DNA of 64,000 nucleotides from Alphaproteobacteria bacterium. Its GTDB lineage: Bacteria > Pseudomonadota > Alphaproteobacteria > UBA828. Of this stretch, positions 22,488 through 33,054 are shown piece after piece. The position numbers and the translations under genes are program-made. A model generated the notes under the pieces. That model was not told the origin of the DNA. It did no database searches and worked only from the letters and a program-made list of their open reading frames with translations. Numbering within the stretch: position 1 is the stretch's first letter; each line of letters starts with the position of its first letter. The stretch covers positions 1,504,001-1,568,000 of the forward strand of contig OZ243972.1 of assembly GCA_965214705.1 (NCBI GenBank), given 5' to 3'.

Positions 22488-22707
22488 TTGAACTGAGCCG
22501 CGTTCCGCGGCGGGGCGCCTCGGCCGCCGGGTGCCCAGAGTGATCTCCTTGCCGCGCGTAAGTTGAGTGTGGCCGTTCGCTCCAGCGTCTGGGCGCAGGG
22601 TCGAATCCTGTTTCTCCCTCGTTGATCGATGGTCGTCGACCGCCAAGCCGGCGAGCAAGAGCATGGGCGTGTCTTCGTGACAGACCAAACCCAGAGGGAG
22701 ACGCCCC

Positions 22708-23562
22708 ATGACGGCACTTCGCCAGCGCATGATCAACGACATGACGGTTCGCGGCTTCGCCGAGAACACCAGGAAGTCCTACCTCAACTCGGTCTCCGGG
22801 CTCGCGGTTCACTACGGTCGCAGCCCCGAGCACATCTCAGCGGAGGAAGTCCAGGAGTACCTCATCTTTCTTCACGAAGAGCGGGGGCTGGCTTGGCAGA
22901 GCTGCAACAGCGCTCGCCAAGGGATCCGCTTCCTCTATCGCATCACGCTGGGCTTGCCCGAGCCGCACTTCTATCTGCCCTTCGCCAAGACGCCTTCCAC
23001 CCTGCCCGTACTGCTCAACCAAGACGAACTGGTGCGGCTGTTCAGCGTCACCATCAACCGCAAGCACCGCGCCTTGCTGATGACGGCCTATGCAGCGGGG
23101 CTTCGGGCGAGCGAGCTCGGCCGGTTGCAGATCAGCGATATCGACTCACAGCGGATGTGCCTGCGCGTCGATCAGGGCAAGGGCAACAAGGACCGCTACG
23201 TCCCGCTCTCGCCCCGGCTGCTCGACGAGCTGCGCGAGTACTGGCAGCGGGTACGGCCCGAGCACTGGCTGTTCCCCGGTCGGATTCCCGGCCGGCCGAT
23301 GACGCGCCATGGGCCAGCACACGTTTACGATCGAGCCAAGGACAAAGCCGGGATCGCCAAGCCCGGCGGGATCCACACGCTGCGCCATTGCTACGCCACC
23401 GGGCTCCTCGAGGCCGGCGTCGAGCTGCATGTCATCCAACGCCGCCTCGGGCACACCTCAATCCGCTCGACCATGCGCTACCTTCACCTTGCTCACGACA
23501 AGACGTCCGCCACGCCGTCGCCCCTGGACCTGCTGGAGTTTCCGCGTCCTGCCCAGGCCTGA
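22708..23562 (+). CDS. tyrosine recombinase/integrase
   Basis: YAAGLRASE, GKGNKDR, HTLRHCYAT, LGH..TMRY. Confidence 0.95.
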   Translation: MTALRQRMINDMTVRGFAENTRKSYLNSVSGLAVHYGRSPEHISAEEVQEYLIFLHEERGLAWQSCNSARQGIRFLYRITLGLPEPHFYLPFAKTPSTLPVLLNQDELVRLFSVTINRKHRALLMTAYAAGLRASELGRLQISDIDSQRMCLRVDQGKGNKDRYVPLSPRLLDELREYWQRVRPEHWLFPGRIPGRPMTRHGPAHVYDRAKDKAGIAKPGGIHTLRHCYATGLLEAGVELHVIQRRLGHTSIRSTMRYLHLAHDKTSATPSPLDLLEFPRPAQA

Positions 23563-23565
23563 CCG

Positions 23566-24786
23566 GTGGCTCATGTCGGCCACGCGGCGCCAGCCACACG
23601 GCCGGCGCTGGAGGTCGCGGACATCCTGCGCGAGCGCGGCGACGCCTATGGCGAGACACATCTGCTCTCGGCCCAGCAGCAGAGGGTCGTCGACGCGCTG
23701 GTGAACTGCCGCACCGCTGTGCTCGGCGGGTTCAAGGCAGAATGCGATCACTGCGGGGCGGTGACGATCCAGTACGCCTCGTGCCGGAACCGTCATTGCC
23801 CCAAGTGCCAGACCCTCTCGCAGACCAGGTGGGTTGAGCGTCAGTGCGCCGATCTGCTCGACATCGACTACTGGCATGTCGTGTTCACCCTGCCCCACGA
23901 GCTCAACCCCGTGGCCCAGGGCAATGCCGCGCTCATCTACAGGCTGCTCTTCAAGGCCGCCTCCCAGACCCTGCTCGAGTTCGGCCGCAATCCCCGCTGG
24001 CTCGGCGGCGAGCTCGGCATCACCATGGTGCTGCACACTTGGGGGCAGAATCTGGGACAGCACATCCATGTCCACTGTATCGTCACCGACGGCGGTCTGA
24101 GCCCGGACAGAGAGCGCTGGCTCACTCCCGCGCGCAAGGGCTTCCTGTTCCCCACGGTCGCGCTCTCGAAGGTCTTCCGCGGCAAGTATCTCGACTTCCT
24201 CGGCGCCGCGCACCGCGACGGCGAACTCCGGCTCAAGGTCGTCGGCGGTGGTGACGACAGCCGCGAGTTCGAGTGTCTGAAGACCGCGCTGCGGTCGAAC
24301 GACTGGGTGGTCTACACCAAGGCCCCGTTCGCCGGCGCCGGGCACGTTCTGGCCTATCTCGGGCGCTACACCCACAAGGCTGCCATCGCCAATCATCGCC
24401 TCGTCGACTTCGACGGCGAGCACGTTCGCTTCCGTTGGCGCGACTACGCTGACGGCAACAAGGTCAAGGTGATGCGTCTCGACGTCGACGAGTTCATCCG
24501 CCGCTTCCTCCTGCACGTCCTCCCGCGCGGCTTCACCCGCCTGCGCCACTACGGCTTGCTCGCCAATCGCTGCCGGGCTCGCAAGCTCGCCCGCTGCCGA
24601 GACCTGCTCGGCCAGCCTGCCCCTGAACCGCGGGAGCCGGAAACGACGCAGCAGATGATGCTGCGACTGACGGGGATCGACATCACCGTGTGCCGCCAGT
24701 GCGGCGAGGCAACGCTGCGGCAAACCGTCATTCTTGAGCCGCAGCCCCAAGCAGCCATGCGGGCGACGAATACCCGACCGCCGTGA
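23566..24786 (+). CDS. IS91-family (Y2 HUH) transposase with Zn-binding domain
   Basis: SCRNRHCPKCQ, HVVFTLP, HIHVH, YLGRYTHK, HVLP..RHYG. Confidence 0.95.
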   Translation: MAHVGHAAPATRPALEVADILRERGDAYGETHLLSAQQQRVVDALVNCRTAVLGGFKAECDHCGAVTIQYASCRNRHCPKCQTLSQTRWVERQCADLLDIDYWHVVFTLPHELNPVAQGNAALIYRLLFKAASQTLLEFGRNPRWLGGELGITMVLHTWGQNLGQHIHVHCIVTDGGLSPDRERWLTPARKGFLFPTVALSKVFRGKYLDFLGAAHRDGELRLKVVGGGDDSREFECLKTALRSNDWVVYTKAPFAGAGHVLAYLGRYTHKAAIANHRLVDFDGEHVRFRWRDYADGNKVKVMRLDVDEFIRRFLLHVLPRGFTRLRHYGLLANRCRARKLARCRDLLGQPAPEPREPETTQQMMLRLTGIDITVCRQCGEATLRQTVILEPQPQAAMRATNTRPP

Positions 24787-25225
24787 CGATGCGTCAGAAC
24801 CGACAAGGTCCGACAACAGTCCCCCCGGCCGCCGCGCCGCGACCGCTCCTGCGCCCGCTTCGTGCTGCCCGGCGGCGAAACATCGTCGCGAGCCCCTGCA
24901 CAGCCGCGTCGCAACCTGATAAGTGGAGATTCAGAGTGCCGGCGCCGCCAGCGACACCAACAGGTTGCACCGCTTCGGCCTAATCGGCTCCCACCCAGCG
25001 GTTACTTTCCCCATAGCCCGGCACTACGGCCGTGCAGCGCGGCTCAGCTCAATGCCTGTATCGGTCCTGCTGCGCACGACCGATACAGGCCAATTCAATA
25101 TCGCGACCTCGCAGATATGGCGAGGACGGGGCGACAGCCCCCGGAGCGCCTCCTCTGGCGGCTGGATCGCTCAACATATTTCTGGCCTCCTCTCTTGGCT
25201 TCGCCAAGACAAGAGGAGAGCCATC

Positions 25226-26782
25226 ATGTCATCAACAGCAACGCGCCTGTCCGGGTCTCAGCTCACGCCTGAACCGCATCCCGAGGTATTCGACGAGTAT
25301 CGCGATCACCTGAGGGGCCTCGGATTCACGGAAACGAGCGTCCGGGACCACGGTCGTTTCGTGCGGCATTTCCTGATCTGGCTGGATGCGGACGGCATTG
25401 CACTGGATTCGATCGACGGCAATGTTGTGTCGAGCTTTTTCGGTCACGATTGTGGCTGCGATCTACCCTTCTCCAAGGCAATCCCGTCCGACTCCGGATA
25501 TTCGGTAGGGCCAGTCACTCGGTTTGTGCGCTTTCTTGAGGAGACCGGGCGAACCTTCCATCTCGAGGAACTGGACCAAAACCTCGGTCTACTGGATCAG
25601 TTTCTACAGCAGTCCCGAGAAAACGGATACAGCCACAGGGCACTTAACGTCTTTCGGTCGACAAGCCGCCACTTCATCGTCTGGCTGCACCATTTCCGTA
25701 TCCCGCTCGGGCAGCTGGACAGTTCTACTCTGGAGTGCTTTTTCGAACACGACTGCTATTGCGGTCTCCCGGGAATATACACCGGTTGGCGCAAGAAGGA
25801 ACGTGCCGTCTACCAACCGTCAGGCCTCACTCGGTTTATCGAGTTCTTGATTGACCGCGGCGAGGTCTCGGACGTCTTTCCATCGCCCACGGTAGCCGAC
25901 GACGGCCTTGACGAGTTTCGTTCCTGGCTCCGGCAAAACCGCAACATTGGTGAGAAGACCATACGGCACTACACCGGAACAATAACCTCTCTCCGCCCAG
26001 ACCTTGCAGAGAATCCCGATCAGTTTGACGTAACACAGATCCGGAACGCTCTAATGGACAAGCTCGAGAGCGCCTCTATCCGCCAAGCGAAACGAGTAAC
26101 GTCCACGCTGCGCATGTACCTGCGGTTTATGGCCTCCACAGGTCGCTGCTCCGCGAGACTGGTGGGTGCTGTTCCGACCGTCGCAGAATGGAGTCAAACC
26201 ACACTGCCTCGTTACTTGGCGCCTGAGATAATTGAACGGGCGATAGATTCTTGCGACCGAGCAACAGCGAAGGGGGTGCGCAACCGAGCAATAGTGCTCT
26301 TGCTCGCCAGGCTGGGCCTGCGTGCCGGAGAAGTTTCTCGCTTACGGTTGTGCGATATCGACTGGGAGAACGCACAGCTCCGGATCTGTGGAAAATCGGA
26401 CAAGGAAACGGCCATTCCACTTCCGCAGGAGGTTGGAGATGCGTTGCTTGACTATATCACCAATGCCCGACCTCGCGCAGATGAGGAAAGGGTCTTTCTG
26501 ACGGTGCTGGCACCGCACCGGCCGTTCAAGGAATCAAGCGGGATCACCTACGTCGCGCGCGTTGCGCTCGAACGCGCCGGTGTCGATCGCGCCAAGTTCC
26601 GGGGCGCACATGTCTTTCGACACAGCGCGGCTACCAATCTGCTGCGATCCGGCGCATCTCTCCGCTTCGTCGGCTCCTTGCTTCGGCACGAGTCCCTGAA
26701 GACCACCGCGCTATACGCAAAAGTCGATGCGCAGATGCTTCAAGAACTCGCGCAACCATGGATCGGGGGGAATACGAAATGA
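25226..26782 (+). CDS. ritA: RIT recombinase A (with duplicated N-terminal repeat)
   Basis: GAGGAG RBS then ATG 25226; LGLRAGE, HVFRH, LRH..TALY. Confidence 0.88.
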   Translation: MSSTATRLSGSQLTPEPHPEVFDEYRDHLRGLGFTETSVRDHGRFVRHFLIWLDADGIALDSIDGNVVSSFFGHDCGCDLPFSKAIPSDSGYSVGPVTRFVRFLEETGRTFHLEELDQNLGLLDQFLQQSRENGYSHRALNVFRSTSRHFIVWLHHFRIPLGQLDSSTLECFFEHDCYCGLPGIYTGWRKKERAVYQPSGLTRFIEFLIDRGEVSDVFPSPTVADDGLDEFRSWLRQNRNIGEKTIRHYTGTITSLRPDLAENPDQFDVTQIRNALMDKLESASIRQAKRVTSTLRMYLRFMASTGRCSARLVGAVPTVAEWSQTTLPRYLAPEIIERAIDSCDRATAKGVRNRAIVLLLARLGLRAGEVSRLRLCDIDWENAQLRICGKSDKETAIPLPQEVGDALLDYITNARPRADEERVFLTVLAPHRPFKESSGITYVARVALERAGVDRAKFRGAHVFRHSAATNLLRSGASLRFVGSLLRHESLKTTALYAKVDAQMLQELAQPWIGGNTK

Positions 26783-27696
26783 CCCTCAAGACGCATGTGG
26801 AACGCTACATCGAACTCAAACGGCGCCTTGGCTACAAGTACGACGAAGCGGAAAAGCTGCTGCTCGACTACGCGAACTTTGCAGCGAAACGGAACGAGGA
26901 CCTCATGCGGGTCGGAACAATGGTCGATTGGGCGGCCAAAGCGAGTTCACGCAACAGGTCGTGCACCAAGTTGGACGTCGTTCGCATTTTTGCGACGTTC
27001 CTACACGGAGAAGACCAACGTCATGAGGTTCCGCCGCGCGATGTCTTCGGAAGGAAGACAAAGACAAGACCCCGACCGCATCTGCTGAGTGAAGGTGAGA
27101 TTCGGCTCGTGATGGACGCCGCGTTGACACTGCGGCCGTTGGGATCGATCACGCCGCACACTTGGCACTACATGATCGGGCTGATCGCCGTGACGGGTCT
27201 ACGGGCGTCGGAGGCCCTAAACCTGCGACTTGCCGATGTTGCTGCGTACAGCCTAACCGTGCAGCAGACAAAGTTCGGGAAGAGCCGGAAGGTTCCGCTG
27301 CATGAGGAGACTCGTGCAGCGCTCGACAACTATCTCGACATGAGAAAACGACTAGGAGGAGTGTACGATCATCTCTTCGTACGGGCGGACGGCAAGCCGC
27401 CGACGTATGCCGTCGCGCGCTATGTGTTCCTCAAACTTCTTCGTCAAACCGGTCTTCGCGCTGGTGGCAACGTGCCGGGCCCGAGCTTGCACAGCTTGCG
27501 CCATTCCTTCGCCGTGAGATCGCTCGAAAACATACCTGATGGCGCCGATCATAGCAGGCACATGCTTGCCCTTTCGGTCTCCCTTGGTCATGCCCAGGTG
27601 ACCCACACCTACTGGTACATGGAGGCAACTCCGACCCTGCTCAATCAGATCGCGGAAAAAACAGAAAGTGGATACATAGGGAGGATGCAAAAATGA
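26779..27696 (+). CDS. ritB: RIT recombinase B
   Basis: ATGA overlap; TGLRASE, TKFGKSR, HSLRHSFAV, LGH..TYWY. Confidence 0.9.
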   Translation: MTLKTHVERYIELKRRLGYKYDEAEKLLLDYANFAAKRNEDLMRVGTMVDWAAKASSRNRSCTKLDVVRIFATFLHGEDQRHEVPPRDVFGRKTKTRPRPHLLSEGEIRLVMDAALTLRPLGSITPHTWHYMIGLIAVTGLRASEALNLRLADVAAYSLTVQQTKFGKSRKVPLHEETRAALDNYLDMRKRLGGVYDHLFVRADGKPPTYAVARYVFLKLLRQTGLRAGGNVPGPSLHSLRHSFAVRSLENIPDGADHSRHMLALSVSLGHAQVTHTYWYMEATPTLLNQIAEKTESGYIGRMQK

Positions 27697-28688
27697 CAGC
27701 GCTGGCGACACATCTGAGTGAGTTTTTGCACCAGCACTTACCGAGAGACAGGCGGGCAAGCAAACATACAGCATCAAGCTATACCGCCACCTTCCGGCTA
27801 CTAAACAGGTACATTAAGGACCAACTCGACGAGGAGGCCTGCTTAGTAGAAATCGAGCAACTTAGCCCGCAAACTATCCTGGAGTTCCTTGACTTCCTCG
27901 AGCAAGAACGGGGAAGTGGAGTACGCACGCGCAATGCAAGGCTCGTCGCTATCAAGTCATTCTTCCGCTACCTGGAATACAAGGCTCCAGCCTGTCTGGA
28001 GCAATGCCGGCAGGTTCGTGCAATTCCCGAAAAGCGCGCTGACGAGAAGCTGATAGATTGGTTGACCGGTGAAGAAATGGAGGTGCTTCTCGCGGTGCCG
28101 GACGTCAATACAATCTCTGGGCTTCGCGATCGAGCGATGTTGCTACTTGCGTATACGGCTGGCCTGCGCGTCTCTGAGCTCGTGTCGCTAAGGCTCGATG
28201 ATCTCGATCAGCCTGATCTTGACACCGTGCATGTGATGGGAAAGGGACGTCGTGAGCGGATTCTTCCACTCTGGAAGATTACCAAAGAAGCCTTGGCCAG
28301 CTGGCTCGACGTCCGAGAGACCGGTAAAACCAATCACGTTTTTATCAATGCTCGTGGTCGCCCGATAACCCGCCACGGCTTCGCTCATCGCCTGGCGGTA
28401 CATACCAAGACTGCTCAGCAGCGGATGCCGTCGATAGGGAGAAAAAACGTAACTCCGCACTCGCTTCGGCACAGTTGCGCGGTCCTCATACTCGAGGAGA
28501 CGGACAATATCGGCTTTGTGTCGCTCTGGCTGGGTCATGCCAGCGCACAGAGCACAGCTATCTATCTGCGAGTGAATCCCAAGAAGGCGTTCAATGGGGT
28601 GGCAGGAGACTTGCCGTCAGAGATCAGGAAGGGCTCGTTCAAGGGCGCTCGCGATCAACTGGAGCAGATTCTCAAGCACGTACCCTGA
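27693..28688 (+). CDS. ritC: RIT recombinase C (last two codons displaced by IS)
   Basis: ATGA overlap; TRNARL, GLRVSE, GKGRRER, PHSLRH, WLGH..TAIY. Confidence 0.9.
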   Translation: MTALATHLSEFLHQHLPRDRRASKHTASSYTATFRLLNRYIKDQLDEEACLVEIEQLSPQTILEFLDFLEQERGSGVRTRNARLVAIKSFFRYLEYKAPACLEQCRQVRAIPEKRADEKLIDWLTGEEMEVLLAVPDVNTISGLRDRAMLLLAYTAGLRVSELVSLRLDDLDQPDLDTVHVMGKGRRERILPLWKITKEALASWLDVRETGKTNHVFINARGRPITRHGFAHRLAVHTKTAQQRMPSIGRKNVTPHSLRHSCAVLILEETDNIGFVSLWLGHASAQSTAIYLRVNPKKAFNGVAGDLPSEIRKGSFKGARDQLEQILKHVP

Positions 28689-30188
28689 GCCACTTGCAAA
28701 ACTCCCAGGCGCGGTCTGCTTTTCCCGAGAGCCCGGCGTGAGGACATTGACGGTCGGAACGTAACATGAACTTCGGGACGAGCGGACGTCGCTGGCTGCC
28801 GCCGGGGCGCCGATTCGCCGCAAACCGATGCCCATGCGGGCGCATTTTGGACCCGCCGTCGCGATGCGGACATGGCTTTTTGCGCCTCCGCGGAGGGAGG
28901 CGTGCCGGCGTGACAGCGACGGAGGCGCCGCTCAGGCCAGGAGGCGCATCAGCTGGTCGACCGTCAGCACCAGGATGCCGAACATCAGGTGGCAATGAAC
29001 CTTGGCATGGCCGCACACGCGGACATGGCGGCCCCCGCAGTTGTCCTTCAGCCCACCGTTGATGCGCTCGATGTTCGAGCGCTCGTTGTAGCGCTCGTCC
29101 GCCGGGTGGCGGTGACCGACGCCTCTCTGCGCCCTGGCCTCGCGCGCCAGCTCCTCCTTGTACTCCTTGTCGCGAGGGTTGACGTCGATGATCGGGACGT
29201 GGCCCAGCAGGTAGCTGTGCCAGCCGATCTCGGGCGCGTCATAGGCTGAGTCCATGAGGTCGTACAGATTGGTGACGCGGTCGGCGGTCATACTCGCCAG
29301 CGGGATCGCGGCCTGGCTGTCGTGCAGCGAGGCGGACGTCAGGATGCAACTGATCGGAATGCCGCCATCGGCGGCGTCGATGTGCAGCTTGTAACCGATC
29401 CACGATGTGGTATGGCCCCTGGCGTTGCGCTTGGTGCCGACGTCGCAGGCTTTCGGCAGGTCGTCGAGCATCTGGGGCAAGCTCATCGTGAGCTGGCGTT
29501 TCACGCGGCGCTCCTCCTTGGGCCGCTCCTCGCCCTTGCGCGGGCGGCCGCGCTTGCGCTTCGGCTTCTCCGCCTTGGGCTTGGGCTGAGGCTTCTCGCG
29601 CGCCTCGATCGCCGTCGAGTCGCGCGAGACGTGCCCGACCAGATGGTCTCCGAGGGTCTGCTTGATCAGCGCCTCATGCACGCGAGCGGGCAACGCACTC
29701 TCGGAGAACTCCGCAAACGCCCGCGAAAACGTCGCCTCGCTCGGGATCTCTGCGGCATAGGTCCAGCCGCAGAGACGGCGTAGCGTCTTGTCGTTCTCAA
29801 GGCGCTCGATCAGGGCGCGCGTCGTGGGTACGTCGAACACCGCCTTGGCGATGAAGGCGCGGGCCAAGGCCGCCCGATCCTCGACCGGCCGACCGGGCAG
29901 GCCATGGAAATGGGGAAGGAAGCTCTCGACCCGCGCAAGCTCAAGCACGGTGACGAAGCGCCGGTACCTCTCGCCGAGCGGCCCGAGCTCCTCCTCAAGC
30001 CACGGGAAAAGATCCGCTTGAATGTGATGCCAGAATCCGGATAGTGTCTGTCCCAGCGACATGGGGCCGCCCTCTCCGTCGACGTTGTCCGAAACCCGAC
30101 AGGAACAGAGAGCGGTCCCGATTTCCAGGACAATCTGACCGCCACGGCGGCAAAATCCCGCTCAAATGCGGAATTTTGCAAGTGGCTC
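28687..30188 (-). mobile_element. IS5/IS1182-like insertion sequence (relative of 12115-13613)
   Basis: Perfect IR GAGCCACTTGCAAAA / TTTTGCAAGTGGCTC; CCCT duplicated at 28683-28686 and 30189-30192. Confidence 0.9.
28932..30062 (-). CDS. DDE transposase (IS5/IS1182-like)
   Basis: Paralogue of 12335-13474. Confidence 0.9.
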   Translation of the reverse strand: MSLGQTLSGFWHHIQADLFPWLEEELGPLGERYRRFVTVLELARVESFLPHFHGLPGRPVEDRAALARAFIAKAVFDVPTTRALIERLENDKTLRRLCGWTYAAEIPSEATFSRAFAEFSESALPARVHEALIKQTLGDHLVGHVSRDSTAIEAREKPQPKPKAEKPKRKRGRPRKGEERPKEERRVKRQLTMSLPQMLDDLPKACDVGTKRNARGHTTSWIGYKLHIDAADGGIPISCILTSASLHDSQAAIPLASMTADRVTNLYDLMDSAYDAPEIGWHSYLLGHVPIIDVNPRDKEYKEELAREARAQRGVGHRHPADERYNERSNIERINGGLKDNCGGRHVRVCGHAKVHCHLMFGILVLTVDQLMRLLA

Positions 30189-30694
30189 CCCTGTCCCTGA
30201 ATATGTTGAGCGATTCAGCCTCCGGAGCAGGCGCTCCGGGGGCCGTCGCCTCGGCCTCGCCATATCTGCGAGGTCGCGATATTGGGAGTTCGTCTCAAAC
30301 GTGGTGAACCAGCGCAGCAGCCTCGACCTGGCCGCGGAGCGGGCGCTGTTCCGGGGCGCGGTCGGCGAGGCGGCGGCGGTCGAGTTCTCGGCCTTCCTCA
30401 AGGTCTGGCGCGAGCTGCCCCACCCGAGGGCCGTCATCGACGATCCCGAGAACGCGGACGTGCCCCAGAACGCGAGCGCGCTGATCGCCCTCTGCGGCTC
30501 GCTCTACCGCATGGCCGACGACGTCAACCTCGGCTCAATCGTCAGCTACGCCATGAGGCTGAGACGGGAGGTGGGCGAGTTCCTCGTGGGCTCGTGCGTC
30601 CGCCGCGAGCCCGCGCTCCAGCACACCGACGCCTTCATCCGCTGGGCCGCCGCACGGACCCAGTGAACCCCAGCCCATCGGGAGAACACCGACC

Positions 30695-31591
30695 ATGAAC
30701 CTCACCCACGACGCCATGCTGGTCAGCTTGCGCATCACCGCCTGGTCCGGCCGGCTCTACGACCGCCAGGCCTCCAACCACGTCGCCGCCCAGCACGACG
30801 CCTCCGCCAGCGCCGGGCGCTACAACAAGCGCCTCTTGCCCAAGGCCGCCTTCGCCGCGCTCACCGCGACCGTGAGCGACGCACGCAGTTCACATTACGC
30901 CAACTCCCTTCCCTGGGACGACCAGGGCTCGCGGCTGCTCACCGTGGCCAACTACGAGGCCTACACCGAGCTCATGGACGGACTGCGCGAGCGCATGGTG
31001 CGCGAGCGCGCCCGCTTCATCGAGGACTACGACGACAACATCGACCGCGCCCGGCTCGACCTCGGCAAGCTCTTCCGCATCGGGGACTACCCGTCCAAGG
31101 AGGCGCTGCAGGGCAAGTTCGGGATCCGCTACCGCATCGTGCCGGTGCCGGACGCCGACCACTTCATGGCGAAGCTCGCGTCCCACGACACCGAGCGGGT
31201 CAAGCGCGGCATCGAGCGCGAGATCGAGGAGCGGCTGCACGACGCCGTCGCCGATCTCTACCGGCGGCTCGGTGAGGCAGTGGAGCGGGTCTCGGAGCGC
31301 CTCTCCGAGGACGGCGAGGGCAAGCCGCTCGTCTTCCGCGACACGATGATCTCCAACGTCCGCGACCTGGTCGACGTCGTGCCCCGCCTCAACATTTTCG
31401 GGGACGACCGGCTCGCCAGCCTCTGCCAGGAGGTGAAGGACAGGATCGCCCACGCCGATCCGGCGACGCTGCGCCCGTCGCCCAACTTCAACCCGAACGT
31501 GCGGCACCAGGTGAAGCGCGACGCCGATGCGCTGGCGGAGAAGTTCGCGGGGTACTTCGGCACCCCGGCCGTCGACCGGGAGGCCGCGTGA
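30695..31591 (+). CDS. DUF3150-like helical protein of the AAA/vWA operon
   Basis: MLVSLRITAWSGR..AGRYNKRLL; GGAGA RBS; position between AAA and vWA genes. Confidence 0.65.
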   Translation: MNLTHDAMLVSLRITAWSGRLYDRQASNHVAAQHDASASAGRYNKRLLPKAAFAALTATVSDARSSHYANSLPWDDQGSRLLTVANYEAYTELMDGLRERMVRERARFIEDYDDNIDRARLDLGKLFRIGDYPSKEALQGKFGIRYRIVPVPDADHFMAKLASHDTERVKRGIEREIEERLHDAVADLYRRLGEAVERVSERLSEDGEGKPLVFRDTMISNVRDLVDVVPRLNIFGDDRLASLCQEVKDRIAHADPATLRPSPNFNPNVRHQVKRDADALAEKFAGYFGTPAVDREAA

Positions 31592-32991
31592 TGGCCTCCC
31601 GCGCCCGCCGGGAGTCGGCCAGCCGCGTCAGCGACTGCATCACCGCGCTGCTCCGTGACCAGCCGTTCTTCGGCAGCCTCGCGCTTCGCCTGCCGATCCG
31701 CCCCGACGCGGCGCGCGAGACCCTGGCCAGCGACGGCCGCGAGATCCGCTATTCCCCCGAGTGGGTCGCGCAGACCGATGCCGATCTCATCAAGACCGCG
31801 ATCGGGCGTGTGGTGCTGGCCTGCGCGCTCAAGCACCACACGCGCCGGGGCGTGCGCGAGCCCGGTCGCTGGCAGCACGCCTCGCAGCTCGTCACCCACG
31901 GGCTCTTGCGCGACGCGGGCTTCAAGCTTCCGCCGGACGCCGAAGCCTGGGACGGGATCAGCGTAGAGCAGGCCTACGATCGGCTGCCCGAGCCGCAGGA
32001 GGACGGTGGGGAAGGGACCGACAGTCCGCCGTCGGCAGGCGACGGCGGCGCCGCAGCCGGTCCGCAACCCGACGCGGACGATGACGACCGCGGCGGCGAC
32101 GACGATGACAGCGAACCGCAGCAGCAGGAGATTCTGGGCGAGGACGACCCCAACGGCGATGGCGCCGCCGGCCAGGGCGATTCCGCCGATGGCGCGGACC
32201 CGCAGCACGGGGACGATTCATCCGGCGACAGCGACTCCGGCACGCCGCCGAGCTGCGATCCGTCGGGCACCGGCGAGGTGATGGACGCACCGGCCGACAA
32301 CGGCGACGACGACGGCGCCGGCCAGGGCCCGCCCGATGTCTCCGCCGAGGAGCAGGCCTGGGACGAAGCCATGCATCAGGCCCTGAACCTCGCCAAGGCG
32401 CAGGGGAAGGCGCCCGGCGCGGTGGAGGAGACTATTCAGGGCGCCCACCGCAGCACCCTGGACTGGCGCTCGCTGCTGCGCCGCTACATGACCGATGCCG
32501 CGGCCCGCGACTATTCCTGGAGCGTGCCCAACCGGCGCTTCATCGATTCCGGCCTCTATCTCCCCTCGATCCGATCGGAGGGGATGGGCACGCTTGCCGT
32601 CATCATCGACACCTCGGGTTCCGTGGACAGCGATGCCCTGGCCGCGTTCTGGTCGGAGGTGCGCGAGGTCGCGGCCGAGATCGAGCCCGAACGCATCGTC
32701 GTGCTCCAGGTCGACGCCGCGGTGCAGGACGAGGAGCACTACGCGCCGGGCGAGCTGCCCAAGCGGATCGTCGTCAAGGGACGCTGGGGCACCGACTTCC
32801 GGCCGGGCTTCGCACGCCTCGCGGAGCAGGGCATCCGGCCCGCCGTGTGCCTGTATTTCACGGACATGGATTGCGACCGCTATCCCGAGACGGAGCCCGG
32901 CTACGACGTGATCTGGGCGGATTACAGCGCCGCCGACCGGCTGTCTCCGGAACCGCCGCCCTGGGGCGAGCACATCAGGATCGACGGCTGA
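31591..32991 (+). CDS. DUF2201-type metallopeptidase-like plus vWA domain protein
   Basis: QPFFGSLAL, acidic linker, LDWRSLLRR, YLPS, IDTSGS MIDAS, GTDFRP, YFTD. Confidence 0.88.
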   Translation: MASRARRESASRVSDCITALLRDQPFFGSLALRLPIRPDAARETLASDGREIRYSPEWVAQTDADLIKTAIGRVVLACALKHHTRRGVREPGRWQHASQLVTHGLLRDAGFKLPPDAEAWDGISVEQAYDRLPEPQEDGGEGTDSPPSAGDGGAAAGPQPDADDDDRGGDDDDSEPQQQEILGEDDPNGDGAAGQGDSADGADPQHGDDSSGDSDSGTPPSCDPSGTGEVMDAPADNGDDDGAGQGPPDVSAEEQAWDEAMHQALNLAKAQGKAPGAVEETIQGAHRSTLDWRSLLRRYMTDAAARDYSWSVPNRRFIDSGLYLPSIRSEGMGTLAVIIDTSGSVDSDALAAFWSEVREVAAEIEPERIVVLQVDAAVQDEEHYAPGELPKRIVVKGRWGTDFRPGFARLAEQGIRPAVCLYFTDMDCDRYPETEPGYDVIWADYSAADRLSPEPPPWGEHIRIDG

Positions 32992-33054
32992 AATCGGGGG
33001 AGCGGCGCCTACGCCCCTCCGCCGAGCGCCAGACCACCAATCAAGGAGCACGCC

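Larger units (their letters stand above)
22487..25053 (+). mobile_element. IS91-like element with tyrosine recombinase
   Basis: Integrase plus HUH transposase bounded by 15/16 IRs ATTGAACTGAGCCGCG (22487-22502) and CGCGGCTCAGCTCAAT (25038-25053). Confidence 0.8.
25096..30284 (+). mobile_element. RIT (recombinases in trio) element
   Basis: Three overlapping tyrosine recombinase genes; ~85-bp imperfect IRs at 25096-25180 and 30200-30284. Confidence 0.9.
21814..30666 (+). pseudogene. MoxR-like AAA+ ATPase (341 aa when rejoined) split by a 7.8-kb insertion
   Basis: GGPGIGKS Walker A, degenerate Walker B NLEEL; 21814-22461 plus 30289-30666 join in frame as CPRTWE|FVSN. Confidence 0.9.
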
